Assembly: GCA_965204375.1 (NCBI GenBank)
Contig: OZ241986.1
Coordinates: 3,904,001 to 3,968,000 of the forward strand
Length of the DNA stretch: 64,000 bases
Reading direction: 5' to 3'
From: Candidatus Latescibacterota bacterium
GTDB taxonomy: Bacteria > Latescibacterota > UBA2968
Position 1 is the first letter of the stretch, and each line of letters starts with the position of its first letter. Of the stretch, positions 61,038-64,000 are shown piece after piece. Below the pieces are notes generated by a model. It worked only from the letters and a program-made list of their open reading frames with translations, had not been told where the DNA came from and searched no databases. The position numbers and the translations under genes are program-made.

Positions 61038-61539
61038 TCAAGTCCACGGTTTATGTCTTCCGAGTTTAATATCGGGATTATCCGAACTCAGATGCAATTC
61101 CACATCAATACCCGGGTCAAGTCCAAAAAGTTCTGTAAAAAGGTAGCTCCGTGAAATAGTAGAAAGAATCCTTCCTTGATTCTCTTTTAAAGACTCTCTG
61201 AACTCTAGATCATCTTCTGAAAATTTATCTGGAAAAAGTGCCATCGTGGCAACGTAAAGCTCCAGTATGCCTATAGCCAATAAACCTATACCACCATCAC
61301 TGCCCCATCTGTATTTTTTGATTGACCGTTTTTGTTCTTGGTAATAGGGAGTATATCGCAAATTCAAACCGAATCCATTACCAATGGGCGTGAAGGCCAG
61401 TTTGACCTCTCCGTGTTTCTGAAGTTGTTTCAATTGTTTTCTTTTTCATAACAAGAGGTAGCATTACTGTACAACCAGTCAAACTACATGCCAACAGCGC
61501 AATGAGAATCAGATTCCCAAGATGCTTCAATTTCTTCAT
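61038..61539 (-). pseudogene. Probable frameshifted lipoprotein/hypothetical gene
   Basis: Signal MKKLKHLGNLILIALLACSLTGC at 61539; the longer ORF 61038..61433 continues in another frame. Confidence 0.35.
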
Positions 61540-61639
61540 GGTGATACTCTCTTTTGGATTTTACTTGTGACGCGCAGGGGTATTGGTCCTTGTTCATAGA
61601 TTGATCAAGGCCAACAGGTATTGAGACTTCTCTTACTGT

Positions 61640-61915
61640 TTACAATCCTGTTTTAGCCTTCAAAATCAAAAACATGATTATAGCACCAATGATGGCAGCC
61701 CACATGAGATATACCAATGTTGCGAGAGGGCCTTTGAGTTTCTTCCCATCGCCGTTGTTGCCATCGCCACCATCGTTGCCAGAGATCTCCGAGACCTTAA
61801 CAGAGAGATAAGTTACCAGAATGAGCAAAAGTACAGATGCCGCTATGATAAAAAAACTCATCCACTGCATGAGTGCCTTTATTTCCTCATACATCCCAAA
61901 AATTACCGCCTCCAA
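61640..61915 (-). CDS. Small two-TM membrane protein
   Basis: Two hydrophobic helices joined by a G/D/N-rich linker. Confidence 0.5.
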   Translation of the reverse strand: MEAVIFGMYEEIKALMQWMSFFIIAASVLLLILVTYLSVKVSEISGNDGGDGNNGDGKKLKGPLATLVYLMWAAIIGAIIMFLILKAKTGL

Positions 61916-61988
61916 ACCTAAGAGTTGATATATTTGTCCATTTCGTGATCCGAGAGCAGAAACAGAGGACTTGTCGAAAGAATCAAAT

Positions 61989-62606
61989 TTATTTTCCTTC
62001 TATTGCACACAGTAAAACTGCACCTGCAATTCCCAGCCTTCTGTCAAGTAGCCCTTTTTTGTCCATTGAAAAATCAAGATTTATCTTCATGACAAAAGGA
62101 TTGCGGTTTTGTTTAAACTGGCAGACTTCTTCCCCGCTTAATTCCCCCCTGTATGTTTGGGGAACCAGACTCGCCAAAAGGCTGAAGCGACGGAGCAATC
62201 CTGCAAGTAAGGTATCTTCTTTGATATGTCCTATTTCTCTGTCTTCCGCATCCATTATGATCCACTCGTCTCTTAAAAAGAAAGATTTCATACCCTTTCG
62301 TTTCAAAGCCCCCACTTTTGTATCGGTGGCAGGATCGACAACATCATAAGTGGCTGCAAAGTCGATGATTTGTCGAGCTTGAATTGTCAATATCTCTGTG
62401 TGCATATCTTTATCCGTATAAATTCGTATGTCCTCCTTCAATTTAAAAGATTTCATTTTCGAGTAGGACGCCAGGTTACCATTTGGATCGTAAATTTGGA
62501 ACTCTGCCTTCGCACCAAGCGAAGGTGCTATCTTCTTGCGTACAAGATAACTTTCATGGATAAAGACTTCTGAAGTGGATTGCCTGGTCTGTATATCACC
62601 GGTCAT
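61989..62606 (-). CDS. LURP-one/scramblase-like (Tubby C-like) protein
   Basis: FKLKEDIRIY..IIDFAATYDV..GALKRKG..DRRLGIA pattern. Confidence 0.65.
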   Translation of the reverse strand: MTGDIQTRQSTSEVFIHESYLVRKKIAPSLGAKAEFQIYDPNGNLASYSKMKSFKLKEDIRIYTDKDMHTEILTIQARQIIDFAATYDVVDPATDTKVGALKRKGMKSFFLRDEWIIMDAEDREIGHIKEDTLLAGLLRRFSLLASLVPQTYRGELSGEEVCQFKQNRNPFVMKINLDFSMDKKGLLDRRLGIAGAVLLCAIEGK

Positions 62607-62701
62607 TATTCTTGTCTCCTTAAAGTTGCGCTGTCAAACTTCAACGGCTTGTATCGGATCAATAAGTTTGGATGAAGTGCAGATTGAGTCTATTTCGCAT
62701 A

Positions 62702-63181
62702 TCAAAACCATTTGCGTTTCTCAATGATGTAGATTTGTTCAAACTCCTCATCGGACTTTGTCAGGTATATAACCCCTTCAATAAAGGCGATTATGCCAAC
62801 AATTATGTGCGGGGTCCACAACAACATCCAACTCACAGTCCAACCAACTGTATTAATCAGCAAAAAAACTAGTCCAGGTCCCGTGAAGCCGAGATAAAAT
62901 TTATGGATACCCAGGTGACCTAAAAAGATACCGAGAAGTCCTGCTGCTGTTTTGCTTTTCCCTGAAGATGCCAGGCTTGCAGTTAATGAAGATGCCCTGT
63001 TTACAGCTAAGTATATTTCCTTCGCCTGGTTGTCTTCCACGGTAAAATCAACGGACATACCGCGAGCAGGGGGACGATCTCCCTGCCAATCGGATCCATC
63101 GAAACTATATCTCTCACCATCCTCTCCCGAAATCGCGCCAGAGTTAGACTGAACTGAAAAATTCAGTATTTGACCTTTCAT
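62702..63181 (-). CDS. TM2 (NINE) domain protein with N-terminal OB/cold-shock-like domain
   Basis: KSKTAAGLLGIFLGHLGIHKFYLG..EGVIYL; N-terminal MKGQIL..GAISGEDGERYSF. Confidence 0.8.
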   Translation of the reverse strand: MKGQILNFSVQSNSGAISGEDGERYSFDGSDWQGDRPPARGMSVDFTVEDNQAKEIYLAVNRASSLTASLASSGKSKTAAGLLGIFLGHLGIHKFYLGFTGPGLVFLLINTVGWTVSWMLLWTPHIIVGIIAFIEGVIYLTKSDEEFEQIYIIEKRKWF

Positions 63182-63230
63182 TGCAATCCCTCCTTTAATA
63201 CTTTAGCCAGTTAAGTGACATGATTACTGC

Positions 63231-63509
63231 CTAATTTGACAATTTCCGTAGCGATATTTTAAACTCGACTTTCTCAATGGCACGATCTACAGCCTCTTTG
63301 AGATCAGGGCGTTTGAAATTAAATACAAACGACCACCTGGCATCGGTACCTTCAACCCGCGACCCTTTTGCCTCGGTGTCAATCTTCAGTTGCGTATCCT
63401 TTGAGGAAATCACGGTAAAGTCAATCATTCGGTAATTGGCACATCCAATTACTGTTAGCCCCAGATACAGAAGTAACATCAATTTGAGGATGGCAATTGC
63501 ACACTTCAT
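63231..63509 (-). CDS. Small lipoprotein, possibly truncated
   Basis: MKCAIAIL..VIGC, DFTVISSK..LKEAVDRAIEK; RBS GGAG. Confidence 0.55.
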   Translation of the reverse strand: MKCAIAILKLMLLLYLGLTVIGCANYRMIDFTVISSKDTQLKIDTEAKGSRVEGTDARWSFVFNFKRPDLKEAVDRAIEKVEFKISLRKLSN

Positions 63510-63518
63510 GGTATTATT

Positions 63519-63675
63519 TTCTCCCAAAGAAAGAGGAACTTTATATTGTGAACAGAGCGGATTGCGGGTTGCAGCACCGTTCTCATCTCTGTATGTTGCG
63601 GCGGAAGGCCACAGGCTGCCAAACCGAGCGGCCTTCTGCCATTCCCGCAGGCACAACACATGCCTGCGTTTTTTT
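63519..63675 (+). repeat. Repeated element A, copy 6
   Basis: TATATT -10-like motif, both hairpins, terminator CGCAGGCA..TGCCTGCG followed by T7. Confidence 0.7.
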
Positions 63676-64000
63676 GATTTACACATAATTTACACACCCC
63701 TTCCTTAAGACAATTATATACACAACAAAAAAAGGGTTTGCAATAAAAAATTTTAATTGAATCTACCAAGAGATTACTGGTCCATGATTTTACCTCGATT
63801 GCATGATCGAACAATCTAAAAAGAGCGCGAGATAGACGCGCACGGGCTTGCGTTTTACAGCGTGCGTGTGTATCTTTGCCCGCGAGAAAAACCTTCTGGA
63901 TTGCGGCTCGAAACCCTGCCGCGATGACAGGCAAAACCGACAACCAAACCCAAAGGAAGGAATAATGTTTGAATCCCTGACCATGGCGCCTGCGGATCCC

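Overview
Accessory/defence island from a bacterium. Dockerin-like 'DFDGDGxVGFxDF' repeats, internalin-type LRRs, YWTD and WD40 surface proteins suggest a Latescibacterota/Gemmatimonadota/Poribacteria-like, possibly sponge-associated lineage (inference only). Nearly every real gene is on the minus strand. The centre (21-41 kb) is a complete type III-Dv-like CRISPR-Cas locus, in transcription order: cas6, TPR-primase-polymerase (CAPP), cas1, cas2, an 18-repeat array, a group II intron-type RT/maturase/HNH gene with no intron RNA around it, Csx1 with an extra C-terminal CARF domain, HD-less Cas10, Cas7-Cas5-Cas11, Cas7-Cas7, Csx19, Cas7-insertion fused to a cold-shock domain, a CARF-adenosine deaminase (Cad1-like), and remnants of a RelE-like effector. 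The flanks carry duplicated AAA-ATPase/PD-(D/E)XK genes, a 4-gene MotA/MotB(Zorya)-like plus vWA-like membrane operon, domain-shuffled secreted proteins, an LPP20/MltC/caspase cluster and three IS elements (IS1182-like nested in IS256, and IS1380). Two repeated non-coding units recur: a plus-strand sRNA-like element A and a convergent minus-strand structured element B with a short conserved ORF. Each has its own sigma70-like promoter and terminator, and they are partly complementary. Best candidates for new biology: (1) the intron-less RT plus CAPP plus Cas1/2 module in a III-Dv system, (2) the A/B convergent RNA pair, (3) the non-canonical Zorya-like operon. All family assignments come from motif recognition by eye; no database searches were run.
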